Shown: positions 39,301-49,347 of the stretch, piece by piece | Layout: the number at the start of each line of letters is the position of its first letter | How positions within the stretch are numbered: the stretch's first letter is position 1 | NCBI RefSeq assembly: GCF_018350175.1 | Contig: NC_058369.1 | Coordinates: 25,360,001 to 25,424,000, forward strand | Origin: Felis catus | Lineage: Eukaryota | Length of the DNA stretch: 64,000 nt | Reading direction: 5' to 3' | Notes under the pieces: model-generated | Told to the model about the DNA's origin: nothing | Seen by the model: the letters and a program-made list of their open reading frames with translations, nothing else | Databases searched by the model: none | Made by a program: the position numbers and the translations under genes

Positions 39301-40115
39301 TCCAGGAATATCCAGGAAATATTTATGTAAATATTTAATGTTACCAGCAGTGTCAAATCATCGTCCATCCAACAGGATAATATTAAGTTAGGCAAGTTTC
39401 AGAGCAAAATATGGAAAATGCCTTAGATGGTGATACATGAGATTGTCAGACCTAGTTATGGGTGGTGGTAGTAGCAACAGCAAAGAGAAATTTGCGGGAT
39501 ACTTAATGAGCACAGATCAGCAGGAATTGGGAATTGATTGCACTTATGGACAAAGGAGAGGGACTTGACGATGACACTGAAGTTGAGGCTTCCTTGCTAG
39601 GTTAGGCTGAGGAGGGCAACGGCTGATTTAGCAAGGTAAGTTGGACAGAGAGGTGGAAGGGAAGGGCTGTGGAGTGATCCGTTGTGAGCCATTTGGTGTG
39701 GTATGTAGTGAAAGATAACGATGGTCTGAATGTTGTTAGCCATAGAAATGGAGAAGAGGGTTGGCTTTTACAGGATTTCTAAAATGGTGCCAAATTTCAC
39801 TTTGGTGTTGCACTGGTTGTGTGTAGCCTTTGTTTTCAGTAAGTTGCCAGAATTATGCATACATGTTCATGACAGAAAGATTGAGCAGCTCTCAAGTACA
39901 TATTTTAAATGCATAGTTTTGCATTTGATTGCAAACAAACTTAGTTTCTTTTCTGTCTTTTCTACTAGGACTTAGAAGAACAAAGTCGGTTGATAGCTGC
40001 TTCCAGTAGACCAAACCAAGCCAGTAGTGAGGGGCAGTTTGTTGTCCTTAGCAGTAGCCAGTCAGAAGAGAGTGATTTGGGAGAAGAAGGAAAGAAAAGA
40101 GAGTCAGAAGCATGA
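6229..40115 (+). CDS. APPL1: APPL1 (DCC-interacting protein 13-alpha; BAR-PH-PTB endosomal adaptor), complete spliced CDS, 22 exons, 708 aa
   Basis: Exons joined by hand, all GT-AG with consistent phases: 6229-6282, 12804-12902, 14136-14195, 15787-15858, 18474-18561, 20201-20242, 20811-20869, 23884-24030, 24890-24972, 25670-25828, 26742-26930, 29124-29166, 30409-30465, 32991-33082, 33916-34098, 36036-36088, 36661-36835, 37155-37191, 37806-37952, 38529-38579, 38869-38958, 39969-40115. Total 2127 nt. Translation [29 protein letters not shown]...GKKRESEA* matches APPL1 as I recall it. Confidence 0.98.
8593..9840 (-). mobile_element. LINE-1 3' fragment with a nested CanSINE (~9503-9704)
   Basis: ORF 8807..9052 ([18 protein letters not shown]) is the L1 ORF2 end; T-rich tail at 8593. 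Confidence 0.92.
9855..10075 (-). mobile_element. CanSINE
   Basis: Typical body and tail. Confidence 0.9.
10560..11257 (+). mobile_element. Tc2/Kanga (MER104-related) DNA transposon relic with degenerate DDE transposase fragment
   Basis: MER104-like ends (gattataagac...cacattttaacatgtctga; tagattcaatgaaatggta); 10691-10738 reads [16 protein letters not shown], resembling the IPGGxTxxLQPLDV motif. Confidence 0.7.
12093..12320 (+). mobile_element. CanSINE
   Basis: ggggctcctgggtgtctcagtc head, (CT)n, A-tail. Confidence 0.92.
12804..12902 (+). CDS. APPL1: APPL1 exon 2 ([11 protein letters not shown]...RIYDAQ), BAR domain
   Basis: tacag| acceptor, |gtaaaa donor, 99 nt. Confidence 0.97.
14136..14195 (+). 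CDS. APPL1: APPL1 exon 3 ([20 protein letters not shown])
   Basis: tacag| acceptor, |gtatag donor, 60 nt. Confidence 0.97.
14242..14591 (+). mobile_element. CanSINE with expanded (CT)n/(CCCTCT)n tract (~14371-14525) and (TAAA)n tail
   Basis: Read directly; 46 nt downstream of APPL1 exon 3. Confidence 0.93.
14993..15298. mobile_element. Tigger2a/MER28-like non-autonomous DNA transposon
   Basis: Inverted termini cagttgaccctttaacaacatg ... cacgttgtttgagggtcagctg. Confidence 0.8.
15300..15710. mobile_element. Head-to-head CanSINE pair (~15300-15481 minus, ~15512-15710 plus)
   Basis: Opposite orientations ~30 nt apart; TSD gggtcagctgt around the first. Confidence 0.88.
15787..15858 (+). CDS. 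APPL1: APPL1 exon 4 ([24 protein letters not shown])
   Basis: ttcag| acceptor, |gtaagt donor, 72 nt. Confidence 0.97.
16452..16669 (-). mobile_element. CanSINE with TSD tgaaatatttt
   Basis: Full body; direct repeats at ~16445 and 16669. Confidence 0.92.
16750..18300 (-). mobile_element. Old LINE-1 (L1M-type) 3' fragment interrupted by MER44
   Basis: Diverged L1 motifs ttgatggacatttgagttg, tttttgaggaactgccagact, ttggcaaatattttctccc. Confidence 0.8.
17561..18018. mobile_element. MER44 (Tigger7-family) element nested in the L1
   Basis: ggggatacattccaagacc...ggatgcccgaaacc end and gcagttgaccttgggtacctgaaa...ggcactac end. Confidence 0.72.
18474..18561 (+). CDS. APPL1: APPL1 exon 5 ([29 protein letters not shown])
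   Basis: actag| acceptor, |gtactg donor, 88 nt. Confidence 0.96.
19679..19895 (+). mobile_element. CanSINE
   Basis: Head, (CT)n, (TAAA)n. Confidence 0.9.
20201..20242 (+). CDS. APPL1: APPL1 exon 6 ([14 protein letters not shown])
   Basis: tccag| acceptor, |gtaagt donor, 42 nt. Confidence 0.96.
20811..20869 (+). CDS. APPL1: APPL1 exon 7 ([20 protein letters not shown])
   Basis: tccag| acceptor, |gtgtga donor, 59 nt. Confidence 0.96.
22839..23075 (-). mobile_element. CanSINE with TSD gagtcctataattctt, inside old L2/MIR-like sequence
   Basis: Direct repeats at ~22825 and ~23077. Confidence 0.92.
23884..24030 (+). CDS. APPL1: APPL1 exon 8 ([10 protein letters not shown]...GYMQAQ)
   Basis: tgaag| acceptor, |gtgaat donor, 147 nt; within ORF 23878..24087. 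Confidence 0.97.
24890..24972 (+). CDS. APPL1: APPL1 exon 9 ([27 protein letters not shown])
   Basis: cttag| acceptor, |gtaagt donor, 83 nt. Confidence 0.96.
25670..25828 (+). CDS. APPL1: APPL1 exon 10 (VRREMDND...KAGYLNAR), BAR-PH junction
   Basis: gttag| acceptor, |gtaaga donor, 159 nt; ORF 25629..25832. Confidence 0.97.
26042..26280 (-). mobile_element. CanSINE
   Basis: Typical body. Confidence 0.9.
26742..26930 (+). CDS. APPL1: APPL1 exon 11 ([15 protein letters not shown]...FDGK), PH domain
   Basis: tttag| acceptor, |gttagt donor, 189 nt; ORF 26719..26982. Confidence 0.97.
27445..28092 (-). mobile_element. Two CanSINEs (~27445-27669, ~27917-28092)
   Basis: Typical bodies. Confidence 0.88.
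28129..28191. repeat. (TG)17-TA-(CA)13 palindromic microsatellite
   Basis: Read directly. Confidence 0.97.
29124..29166 (+). CDS. APPL1: APPL1 exon 12 ([14 protein letters not shown])
   Basis: poly-T cag| acceptor, |gtaaaa donor, 43 nt. Confidence 0.96.
30409..30465 (+). CDS. APPL1: APPL1 exon 13 ([19 protein letters not shown])
   Basis: tgcag| acceptor, |gtaatg donor, 57 nt. Confidence 0.96.
32255..32425 (+). mobile_element. CanSINE
   Basis: Typical head and body. Confidence 0.88.
32991..33082 (+). CDS. APPL1: APPL1 exon 14 ([30 protein letters not shown])
   Basis: aatag| acceptor, |gtgagt donor, 92 nt. Confidence 0.95.
33127..33840 (+). mobile_element. Two CanSINEs in APPL1 intron 14 (~33127-33400 with CT/CCCT repeat; ~33708-33840)
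   Basis: TSD aaaactgtatgggctattg / aaaactatatgggctattg around the first. Confidence 0.9.
33916..34098 (+). CDS. APPL1: APPL1 exon 15 ([19 protein letters not shown]...GQGG)
   Basis: cttag| acceptor, |gtgggt donor, 183 nt; ORF 33908..34120. Confidence 0.96.
34427..35102 (+). mobile_element. Three tandem CanSINEs (~34427-34628, young ~34631-34860, ~34892-35102)
   Basis: Head-to-tail copies; the second starts right after the A-tail of the first. Confidence 0.93.
36036..36088 (+). CDS. APPL1: APPL1 exon 16 ([17 protein letters not shown]; contains NPF motif)
   Basis: ttcag| acceptor, |gtaaaa donor, 53 nt. Confidence 0.95.
36661..36835 (+). CDS. APPL1: APPL1 exon 17 ([17 protein letters not shown]...VTCDCL), start of PTB domain
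   Basis: tgtag| acceptor, |gtaagt donor, 175 nt. Confidence 0.97.
36875..37098 (+). mobile_element. CanSINE filling most of APPL1 intron 17
   Basis: Full copy with A-tail ending ~55 nt before exon 18. Confidence 0.93.
37155..37191 (+). CDS. APPL1: APPL1 exon 18 ([12 protein letters not shown])
   Basis: tatag| acceptor, |gtgagt donor, 37 nt. Confidence 0.95.
37806..37952 (+). CDS. APPL1: APPL1 exon 19 ([24 protein letters not shown]...NNEGEK)
   Basis: ggcag| acceptor, |gtatac donor, 147 nt. Confidence 0.96.
38529..38579 (+). CDS. APPL1: APPL1 exon 20 ([17 protein letters not shown])
   Basis: tttag| acceptor, |gtaaga donor, 51 nt. Confidence 0.96.
38815..40046 (-). other. ASB14: Predicted non-coding terminal (3'UTR) exon of ASB14, antisense to APPL1 exons 21-22
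   Basis: Donor AAG|gtatat 17 nt after the ASB14 stop (GT at 49474-49473); minus-strand pyrimidine tract plus ctaag| with exon starting at 40046; minus-strand ATTAAA at 38840-38835. Confidence 0.55.
38869..38958 (+). CDS. APPL1: APPL1 exon 21 ([30 protein letters not shown])
   Basis: tttag| acceptor, |gtatgt donor, 90 nt. Confidence 0.96.
39969..40115 (+). CDS. APPL1: APPL1 exon 22 coding part (DLEEQSRL...GKKRESEA*), C-terminal SEA PDZ-binding motif
   Basis: actag| acceptor; TGA at 40113-40115. Confidence 0.97.
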   Translation, partial: DLEEQSRLIAASSRPNQASSEGQFVVLSSSQSEESDLGEEGKKRESEA

Positions 40116-43100
40116 ACTTATCCTTGCTTTTTGGTTGGTATTACCCCCCTTGGAATTTATTGACGGTTTCTGTGGTGAAATGGCACAAGGTAACAACTTT
40201 GTTGATATACCAAGGAGACTAAAGTTTATATTTACCTGTTTTAACTTCATTTTTTAAAATAAGATTGACCTTGACCACTTAGGTATGCACTGTTTTTTTT
40301 TTCCTTAAAAATGATATACTATGCAGTAACATCAAATTCCACATGTCTAAAAGAAACCTGTTCATCTCCTTGAAGTAGATTGCTGAGGAATTAACACTTG
40401 TTCAAGCCTTTTTTCCTTCAAATTGTGAACTTCTTGCATTGTAATTGGCTGTGACCATAAGAAACCATTTATTCTTCAGCTTCAGATATTCATGGATATG
40501 CTTCCTCTTCTCGTTAGGAACATTTTTGCTGGCAGTGAGGAAGCTTTCAACTGAATCGGTTCAAAACCTTTATACAGAGAATTCTACAACTTTGCAAATA
40601 TTTTAACTATTAAATGTGCAATAGAACTTTTATAAAGTAATTAGAAAAAAGATTTTAGGCTTAAGGTTTCAAATTGTGGCAGGTGGTACTGTGATTTCAG
40701 GGCACTTTCTGGGATTGCTCACATTTCTCTGATGTATGACACCTGATGCCAGTGGGAAAGAAGCTTAAGTGTCTTCAGTTCAGGATTGATACAGCCCTTG
40801 GCATTTAATTATCTTATTCTTAGTTCTCAGGTTGGAACTTGAATTATTGCTGCAGAGCAGTAATGGTTAAAATAAGATTTTGGAATTTATTAAAAGGGAT
40901 TTTTTTGTTCAAGTACATTTTAGATTAGGACTTAAAATGTAAAGATATTATTGTTACAGGATAATACATCATATTTTCTGCATTGCGTGAAATAATTTTT
41001 ATTGAAAATCAAGTGACATTTCAAAAGAAATTCTATAACGGTTGTTGCCTGCTTAAAGTAAAAATGCCCAGAGTTTAGTTTAGAAAATGTAATCTTTTAA
41101 ATTTCAGACTGATATGCACAGTATTTTCATAATTCCATGTTTTGATAAAATACTGATCACCACTTTATATCCACAAAGGCAAGTAACTAATATATGAGAA
41201 TAGAATAATTTGCACTAGTTATTGTACATACTTCTACTCTTCAAATGCGTAAAAGGTCTAATTCTATGAAATATTGAAAGGAAATTGAATGTTCGGTATA
41301 AGAGAGTTGACCAAGGAAGGATTTTAGCCTAGTGCCAAGGTTAAATGATACTTCCCTGCTGCCTCCCTCTATGTCAAAGCTTGATTTTTTTTCTTTACTC
41401 AGATTTTTAACATTGCTGATAGAAATTATGTTCCTTTGTTTCACGTGTAAAACTATATAGAGACAGGTTAATTATATTGAGTAAAATAGTCACATAACTA
41501 AATTTTTCAAGAGATTTGCCAGCCACTAAGACTAATTTTACAAGGGGAAAAGCCCTTTGTTCTTTGATATAGTCGTGTTAGTCCTGAATTTAGAAGCAGC
41601 ATCTGTTTTAGCTCTCACAATATAGTGTGGCTGTTTCACACGGTATGCACCCTGTTTTCTGTGGAAGGGAATAATTATATATAGGATCATGATATTCTTT
41701 TTATCCATGTGCCAAATGGGAATAATGATTACTTGATAATCATTATTTTGAAGCCTTATGTTACCAAAACAGATAGTAAGAAAGTAGAAATTTACAGAAT
41801 ACTTTCTGAAGACAGTTGATTTTGTGCTTGCTAAATGGGAATGCTATCTTGATAGTTTGTGTGTCATTCCTTTGGTAGAAGTCGAAATTTCTGTGGTCAG
41901 CACTTGATTTAGCCATGGCAGGTCCGGCTTTTAAGACCCTTCTGAGAATTAGTAAACTCTCTGTTTCATTAAGTCTTTTGTTTATACTATTCAGTTGTTG
42001 CCTCGCTTGGTTCAGATGAAACTTGTCACCCTACAGGGAAGGTGGTTAGCATTAGGGGCAGTTTTATGAGGCTGGCGCTTTGCACGGTAACTAAGTGCTG
42101 CCCTTTGTTAGTACTCTGGGTCAAAGTGAAGGCTAAAGTTAAAGGCACTGGCAGACTTAGGTAGTTCCTTTTAAGTCATGTTTTGATAGGAATTTCCTCA
42201 ATAATACACCTATGTCCACAGATCAGACCAAAGAGCATTCCAACACCAAATCGAAGTTATTATGTGGGATTAACAATTTTAGATATTTCAACTTTTGTTC
42301 CATTGCTCTAGAACTATGTGAACTATTCCATACTACAGATATTTAAGCATCAACTTTAAGAAACTCTCCTTTTTGTTTGACGAAGGCTGCCCATGGGTTT
42401 CTGCATAATGTTAAAGCTGATCTTGGTCTGTTACCCTTTGAAATCCCTTCTGGCTCTTGGATGCTTTGGTGGTGATTGAATTAGAATTTGGGATAGCTTT
42501 CTCAGATTCATACTTATGCTTGATGGTTTTTAGAAATTAACAAAACTGATTCTTTAAAAGAAAAGAAACTAAGTCTACCTAATTCAGCTATGCATTCTGC
42601 TACCTATACAAACAGTACTTTTATAACTATGGTAATGAAATCAGTAGACAGGAAACTAAGTATTGCTTCTCCCTTTCAAAATTTTAAAAACTTGCTAACA
42701 AGGGACTGGACAAAGTTTCCAGGGCCAGTCTTGTTTTTGCTATTTCTACAATGACTAGTATGTGTTTAATTTCAAAAGAATTCTCAGGCTCTAGGGGTGG
42801 TAAAATGACGTTTACCTTTATGCTTGGGAAAAGGGGGTAGGGTATGCGTAACACATTACATAACATATAATCCTGTGTGGTAAAGGCATCTGATGTTAAT
42901 TTTGAGTTACATGTAGGAGCTACAAATATTTAAGATTAAATGCTGATAGACCCCAAGACCCCATGTATTGCAAAACCTTCTGCTACCTGAATTAATTAAT
43001 AAAATGAAAATACTAACATTGGTTTTGACAATGACCTCCTAGCATTCAAACTGTACTTAAAATATTCAAACACACTGATTGTAGCAAGCAAGGCTTTCAT

Positions 43101-44180
43101 TTTATTTTTTAGCAAGTTTGACTTACTCTTCTTTCATGAGTTTTTGTTCTACATTAAGGACACACATTGAAACTGGAACTATACGACACTTTTAAACTAG
43201 TCTCTTGTGGCTTGTACTCATGTAATTTACTTCAGTTAATATGAGAACTGGGGATTAAGTTATAACTAATGTGCAAAACTGCTTTGTATATTTGGTGATT
43301 TTGTAATGTTAAGTGAATTGGTTAATTCTTATCTCACTGATACTATTAATCATGCATATATACAATTAAAAATCATGCTACATTTCCTTTTAGAATTGAA
43401 TTTGAAGAACTCAATTTTTATGTAATGGTGGTATACGTGTGGGGTGGAGAGCTTATTTTTTTGTCAAAGTAGGTATTCTCTGACAAGGCTTCAGGAACTA
43501 TGCTGTTAGAAGATTTTTAAAGTATAATAAAGTCCATGATTTTTGTATAGTCTTTTTTGTATGAGGTATTTGATATATACTCAATTTTATTTCTCTAACT
43601 CCAAATGATGCTTATGAAACAAATGGACTTTTTCTTAATATGTTATGACACTACAGTTACACATCTAGGCCCATTGCAATTCCATAACAGCTAAAACGAA
43701 AAAAAGCAGTCATTTACTGGGACATAACACTAATTCATCACTAGTGACTTCTTTCTTTTAGAAAAATAGATGTTTCAGGAATTACCCCTAGACATGTTAC
43801 ACACAACATATACCTGCTGTATTCAAAGAAACAATTTAAAGGCACAGGATACTGTGTACACCAGCTTAAGTGAGCTTGATGTGTAATTTTAATACTAATG
43901 CATATTCATCCCATGTGCTCTTTATACTTTCCTATAGCACTTATCAAGTTCTTTTCTTCCATTGGGAGTATCTGTTTTAATTCGTTTTGAGTTTTATAAA
44001 ATGTATATACTTTTAGAAGGTCCAGGGAGTAGATAAAACTAACTTTAGAATTATGTATCTATGTGCATGTATATCCTAAATATATTTGTATATTGACATA
44101 TCTATAATCAGCTACTCACTTAAAACAGACACCACAATTTGATTAAAAAAATAAAAATTATTCATGCCAGCTAATTTTGC
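40116..44180 (+). other. APPL1: APPL1 long 3'UTR (3' end approximate)
   Basis: AT-rich sequence with no visible SINE after the stop; ATTAAA 44142-44147 and AATAAA 44150-44155; an earlier AATAAA at 42998 is an alternative. Confidence 0.6.
44142..44155 (+). terminator. Candidate APPL1 polyadenylation signals (ATTAAA then AATAAA)
   Basis: Two hexamers in tandem ~4 kb after the stop and shortly before the L1 insertion. Confidence 0.45.
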
Positions 44181-44555
44181 AAATTTGAATGTGAAAATCA
44201 TATCATTAAAAGTAACTTTAAGTCTGTGCTTACTGAATGTATAGCCATGAATCTCCACATCAGAAAGAAATTCTCTAACTTCAGTTTCCCTGAGATGACT
44301 ATATTATGCAAAAAAAAAAAAGTATACTAACACTAAACATACAAATAACAAGGCTATAGTTGACTGGGCCTGTGGTGAAAATGAACATCATCCTACCCAT
44401 CACTCTATTCTTGTTGATGTGCTATTGAAATGCTACACAGGTGTGGCTGAATGCCTGTCTCTTCACTTTCCTCACTTTCCAAGTACAGAAACCTGTACTT
44501 ACCTTCAGCACAGAATATACAGAAATAAAAATTTAACCTACATTCTATAACTGCT

Positions 44556-47500
44556 TTTATCACGTTTCTAAGAAGGAGGTTTATAGCAGTATAGGTCTAT
44601 GTCAAGAAGCAAGAAAGATCTCAAAACAGCCTAACCTTACACCTAAAGGAGTTAAAGAACAAAACAAAGCAGCAGAAGGAAGGAAATAATAAAGATTAGA
44701 CCAGAAATAAATGAATTGGAACAAAAACTAGATCACTGAAACCAGGAGCTGGTTCTTCTTTGAAAAGATCAACAAAATTGATAAACCTCTAGCCAGACTC
44801 ATTAAAAAAAATAATAAATGAAATGAAAGAGAAGAAATAACCAATACCACAGAAATACAATTGTAAGAATATATAAAAAATTATATGCTGATAAATTAGA
44901 AAACCTAGAAGAAATAAATTCCTAGAAACATAATTTTACATAAAGCAGGAAGAAATAGAAAATTTGAACAGACCAATTACCAGCAAAGAAATTGTGTTAG
45001 TAATAACAACTTCCAACAAACAAAAGTCCAGGACCAGATGGCTCCACAGGTGAATTCTACCAAACATTTGAGAGTTAATGTCTACTCTAATCAAACTATT
45101 CCAAAAAATAGAAGAGAAAGGAAAACTTGCCAATTCATTCTATGAGGTCAGTATCACACTGATACCAAAACCAGATAAAAGACACCACCAAAAAAGTGAA
45201 CTATGGGCCAGTATCTCTGATGAACATAGATGCAGAAATCCTCAACAAAATACTAGCCTACTTGGGGCGCCTGGGTGGCGCAGTCGGTTAAGCGTCCGAC
45301 TTCAGCCAGGTCACGATCTCGCGGTCCGTGAGTTCGAGCCCCGCGTCAGGCTCTGGGCTGATGGCTCAGAGCCTGGAGCCTGTTTCCGATTCTGTGTCTC
45401 CCTCTCTCTCTCTGCCCCTCCCCCTGTTCATGCTCTGTCTCTGTCCCAAAAATAAACGTTGAAAAAAAAAAATTCAAAATACTAGCATACAGAACCCAAC
45501 AATACATTAAGAAAATCATCATAATCTGGGGCGCCTGGGTGGCGCAGTCGGTTAAGCGTCCGATTTCAGCCAGGTCACGATCTCGCGGTCCGTGAGTTCG
45601 AGCCCCGCGTCAGGCTCTGGGCTGATGGCTCGGAGCCTAGAGCCTGTTTCCGATTCTGTGTCTCCCTCTCTCTCTCTGCCCCTCCCCCATTCATGCTCTG
45701 TCTCTCTCCCAAAAATAAATAAAAACGTTGAAAAAAAAAATTTAAAAAAGAAAAAGAAAAAGAAAATCATCATAATCAAGTGGGGTTTGTTCCTAGGATG
45801 CAAGCATGGTTCAATATTCACAAATCAACATGATACATCGGTAAGAAAGGATAAAAGTCACATCATCTCAATAGATGCAGAAAAAGCATTTGACAAAGTA
45901 TGACATCCATTCATGATAAAAAAAAAAAACCCTCTACAAAGTAGGTCTAGAGGAAACATACCTCAACATAATAAAGGCCAAATATGAAAAATCCACAGTG
46001 AACTTCACATTCAATGGGGAAAAACCAAGAGCTTTTCCCCAAGGTCAGGAACAACACAATGATGTACAGTGTCCCCACTTTTATTCAACATAGTACTAAA
46101 GTCCTAGCCACAGTGCTTAGACAACAAAAAGAAATAAAAGGCATCCAAATTGGTAAAGAAGAAGTAAAACTTTCACTATTTGCAGATATATATAGAAAAC
46201 CCTAAAGACTCCAGCAAAAGACTACTAGAACTGATAAATGAATTTAGTAAAGTCGCAGGATGCAAAATCAGTGTACAGAAATTTGTTGCGTTCCTATGCG
46301 CTAATAATGAAGCAACAGTAAGTGAAATTAAAAGAAAAAGAGGCAGAGAAATATACTCTTAACTATAGACAACAAACTGATGGTTACCAGAGGAGATTTG
46401 GGTGCAGGGATGGGTTAAATAGGTGATGGCGATTAAGGAGTGCACTTGTGATGAGCATTGGGTTTGGCAGTGTTGAATCACTAAATCCTACATGTGAAAC
46501 TAATATTACACTATATGTTAACTAACTGGAATTTTAATAAAAGCTTTTTAAAAATCCTTCCATTTGTAATTGCACCAAAAATAACAAACTATTTAGATAC
46601 AAACTTAACCAAAGAGGCAAAAGACCTGTACTCTGAAAACTATAAAACACTGATGAGAGAAATTGAGGATGACACAAAGAAATGGAAAGACATACCATGC
46701 TCCTGGATTGGAAGAACAAATATTGTTAAAATCTCTATACTACCCAAAGCAATCTACAGATTTAATGCAACTGCTATCACAATACTAACAGCATTTTTCA
46801 CGGAACTAGAACAAACCTAAAATTTGTATGGAACCACAGAAGACCTTGAATAGTCAAAGCTGTCTTGAAAAAACTGGAGGAGTCACAGCTTCAGGCTTCA
46901 AGTTACCTTATAAAGCTATAGTAATCAAAACAGTATGGTACTGGCATAAAAACAGACACATAGCTCCATGGAACAGAATAGAAAATCCAGAAATAAACCT
47001 ACAATTTTATGGCCAATCTTTTTTTTTTTTTTTAATCTCTGACAAAGGAGGCAAGAATATACAATGGGGAAAAATCTCTTCAACAAATGGTATTGGGAAA
47101 ACTGGACCACGTTCTTACACCATACACAAATAAAATGGATTAAGGACTTAAATGTGAGACCTGAAACTATAAAAATCCCAGAAGAGAGCACAGGTAGTAA
47201 TGTCTCTGACATCAGCCATAGCTACATTTTTCTAGATATGTCCCTGGAGGCAAGGGAAATCAAAGCAAAAAGATACTATTGGGATTACATCAAAATAAAA
47301 GTCTTCTGCACAGTGAAGGAAACAAACTGTCAAAACAAAAAGGCATCCAACCTACTGAATGAATGGGAGAAGATATTTGCAAATGACATATCTGATAAAG
47401 GGTTGTTCTCAAAATATATAAAGAACTGATACAACTCAACACCCAGGAAACAATCCAATTAAACAATGGGCAGAAGATATGAATACACATTTCTCCAAAG

Positions 47501-48300
47501 AAGACCTACAGATGGCCAGTAAACATGAAAAGATGCTCAACATCATCATCAGGGAGATGTAACTCGAAACTACAATGTGATATCTCACACCTGTCAGAAT
47601 GGCTATATTAAAAAAACACAAGAAACAAGTGTTGGCAAAGATGTGGAGAGAAAGGAATCCTCGTACAGTGTTGGTGGGAATGCAAACTGATGAAGTCACT
47701 TTGGAAAACAGTATGGAGTTTCCTCAAAAAGTTAAAAATAGAACTACCATATCCAGTAATCACACTACTGGGTATTACCCCCAAAATACAAGAACACTAA
47801 TTGAAAGTGATACATGCACCCCTGTTTATTGCAGCATTATTTACAATAGCCAAATTATGGAAGCAGCCCAAGTGTCCACTAATAGAAGAATGGATAAAGA
47901 AGTGGTATTCATACACAATGGAATATTATTTAGCTATAAAAAAGAAATGAAATCTTGCCATTTGCAATAACATGGATGGATCTAGAGAGTATAATGCTAA
48001 GCAAAATAAGTCAGAGAAAAATACCATATGATTTCACTTATATGTGGAATTTATGAAACAAAACAAATGAACATAGGGAAAGAGAGGCGAATCAAGAAAC
48101 AGACTCTTAACTATAGAGAACTGATGGTTACCAGAGGGGATGTCAGTGAGGAGATGAATGAAACAGATGATAAGGATTAAGGAGTGCACTTTTGATGAAC
48201 ACTGAGTGATGAATGTATAGAGTTGTTCAATCTCTGTATTGTATACCTGAAACGAATTTAACACTGTATGTTAAATACTAGAATTAAAAACTTTTAAATA
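44556..48300 (+). mobile_element. Degenerate 5'-truncated LINE-1 (ORF2 RT and C-terminal remnants, 3'UTR) with nested insertions
   Basis: ORF fragments [70 protein letters not shown]; many stops and frameshifts. Confidence 0.96.
45263..45760 (+). mobile_element. Two young felid CanSINEs inserted in the L1 (~45263-45474, ~45527-45760)
   Basis: TSDs caaaatactagc and aagaaaatcatcataatc. Confidence 0.95.
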
Positions 48301-48308
48301 ATTTAAAA

Positions 48309-48525
48309 AGGGGCTCCTGGGTGGCTCAGTTGGTTAAGCGTCTGACTCTTGGTTTTGGCTCAGGTCATGATCTCATGGTTCATGAGTTCAAGCCCTACAT
48401 TGAGCTCTGCGCTGACAGTGCAGAGCCTGCTTGTGATTCTCTTTCTCCCTCTCTCTGCTCCTCCCCTGCTCATGCTGTCTGTCTCTATCAAAAATAAATA
48501 AACTTTAAAAAATAAATAATTTAAT
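48309..48525 (+). mobile_element. CanSINE in the L1 poly-A tail
   Basis: Typical body. Confidence 0.9.
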
Positions 48526-49115
48526 AAATACAGCTGCTATCAGTGAGCCCCTCTTGTGTGTCAAGTACTGCACTAGAGTCAGTACAGAAAAACATAAGCC
48601 ATCTGAAAACCCGTTTAATTTCTATTCCAGTGATAACATTTAACCAGTAAATGGGAACCCTTAGCCAGGGTTTTATGGAAAGAAGGACTGCATGTTTCCC
48701 ATTAATGATGACGTTGCAATTGAAAGTTCTGTTTCAGTTAACCAAGTTACTCCACTTCAGTGCAGGACTCTACAAGTAAACAGACATTAAGCTGGCCTTG
48801 GGACTTTTGCATAAGAACAGCGAACTTGTAGGTCAAGTACTGGAGTCAGTATTTTATTCAACGTAATTACTAAGACATTTTATGTATGTACTTCTCTCTA
48901 AAAAGGATTACTGTTAAGAATCCTTTTAAATTATTAAAGGTGACATTTACTGTTTTGAGCATGTAGAAATGTAGATTCTTACATTTAATATAAAATCAGT
49001 ACAGAGTGAGAACTGATACATTTCTGTTAATTGAAATTTTACAGTTTGGTTTTTTTTTTTTTTTAACTGCCTTTCAGAATGCTCTTGAGAAGCAATATTA
49101 AGAATATTAAGAAAT

Positions 49116-49347
49116 AGGGGGCGCCTTGGCGGCTCAGTCGGTTAAGCCTCTGACTTTGGCTCAGGTCATGATCTCACAGCTTGTGAGTTTGAGCCCCACG
49201 TTGGGCTCTGTGCTGACAGCTCAGAGTCTGGAGCCTGCCTCAGATTCTGTGTCTCCCTCTCTCTCTCTGACCCTCCCCTACTCATGCTCATGCTCTGTCT
49301 CTGTCTCTTTCTCAAGAATAAATAAACATTAAAATTAAAAAAAAAAA
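49116..49347 (+). mobile_element. CanSINE with TSD aagaatattaagaaatag
   Basis: Direct repeats at ~49100 and ~49346. Confidence 0.92.

Noticed and set aside
44936..48264. Possible active reverse transcriptase gene
   Set aside because: L1 ORF2 is 5'-truncated, frameshifted and interrupted by insertions.
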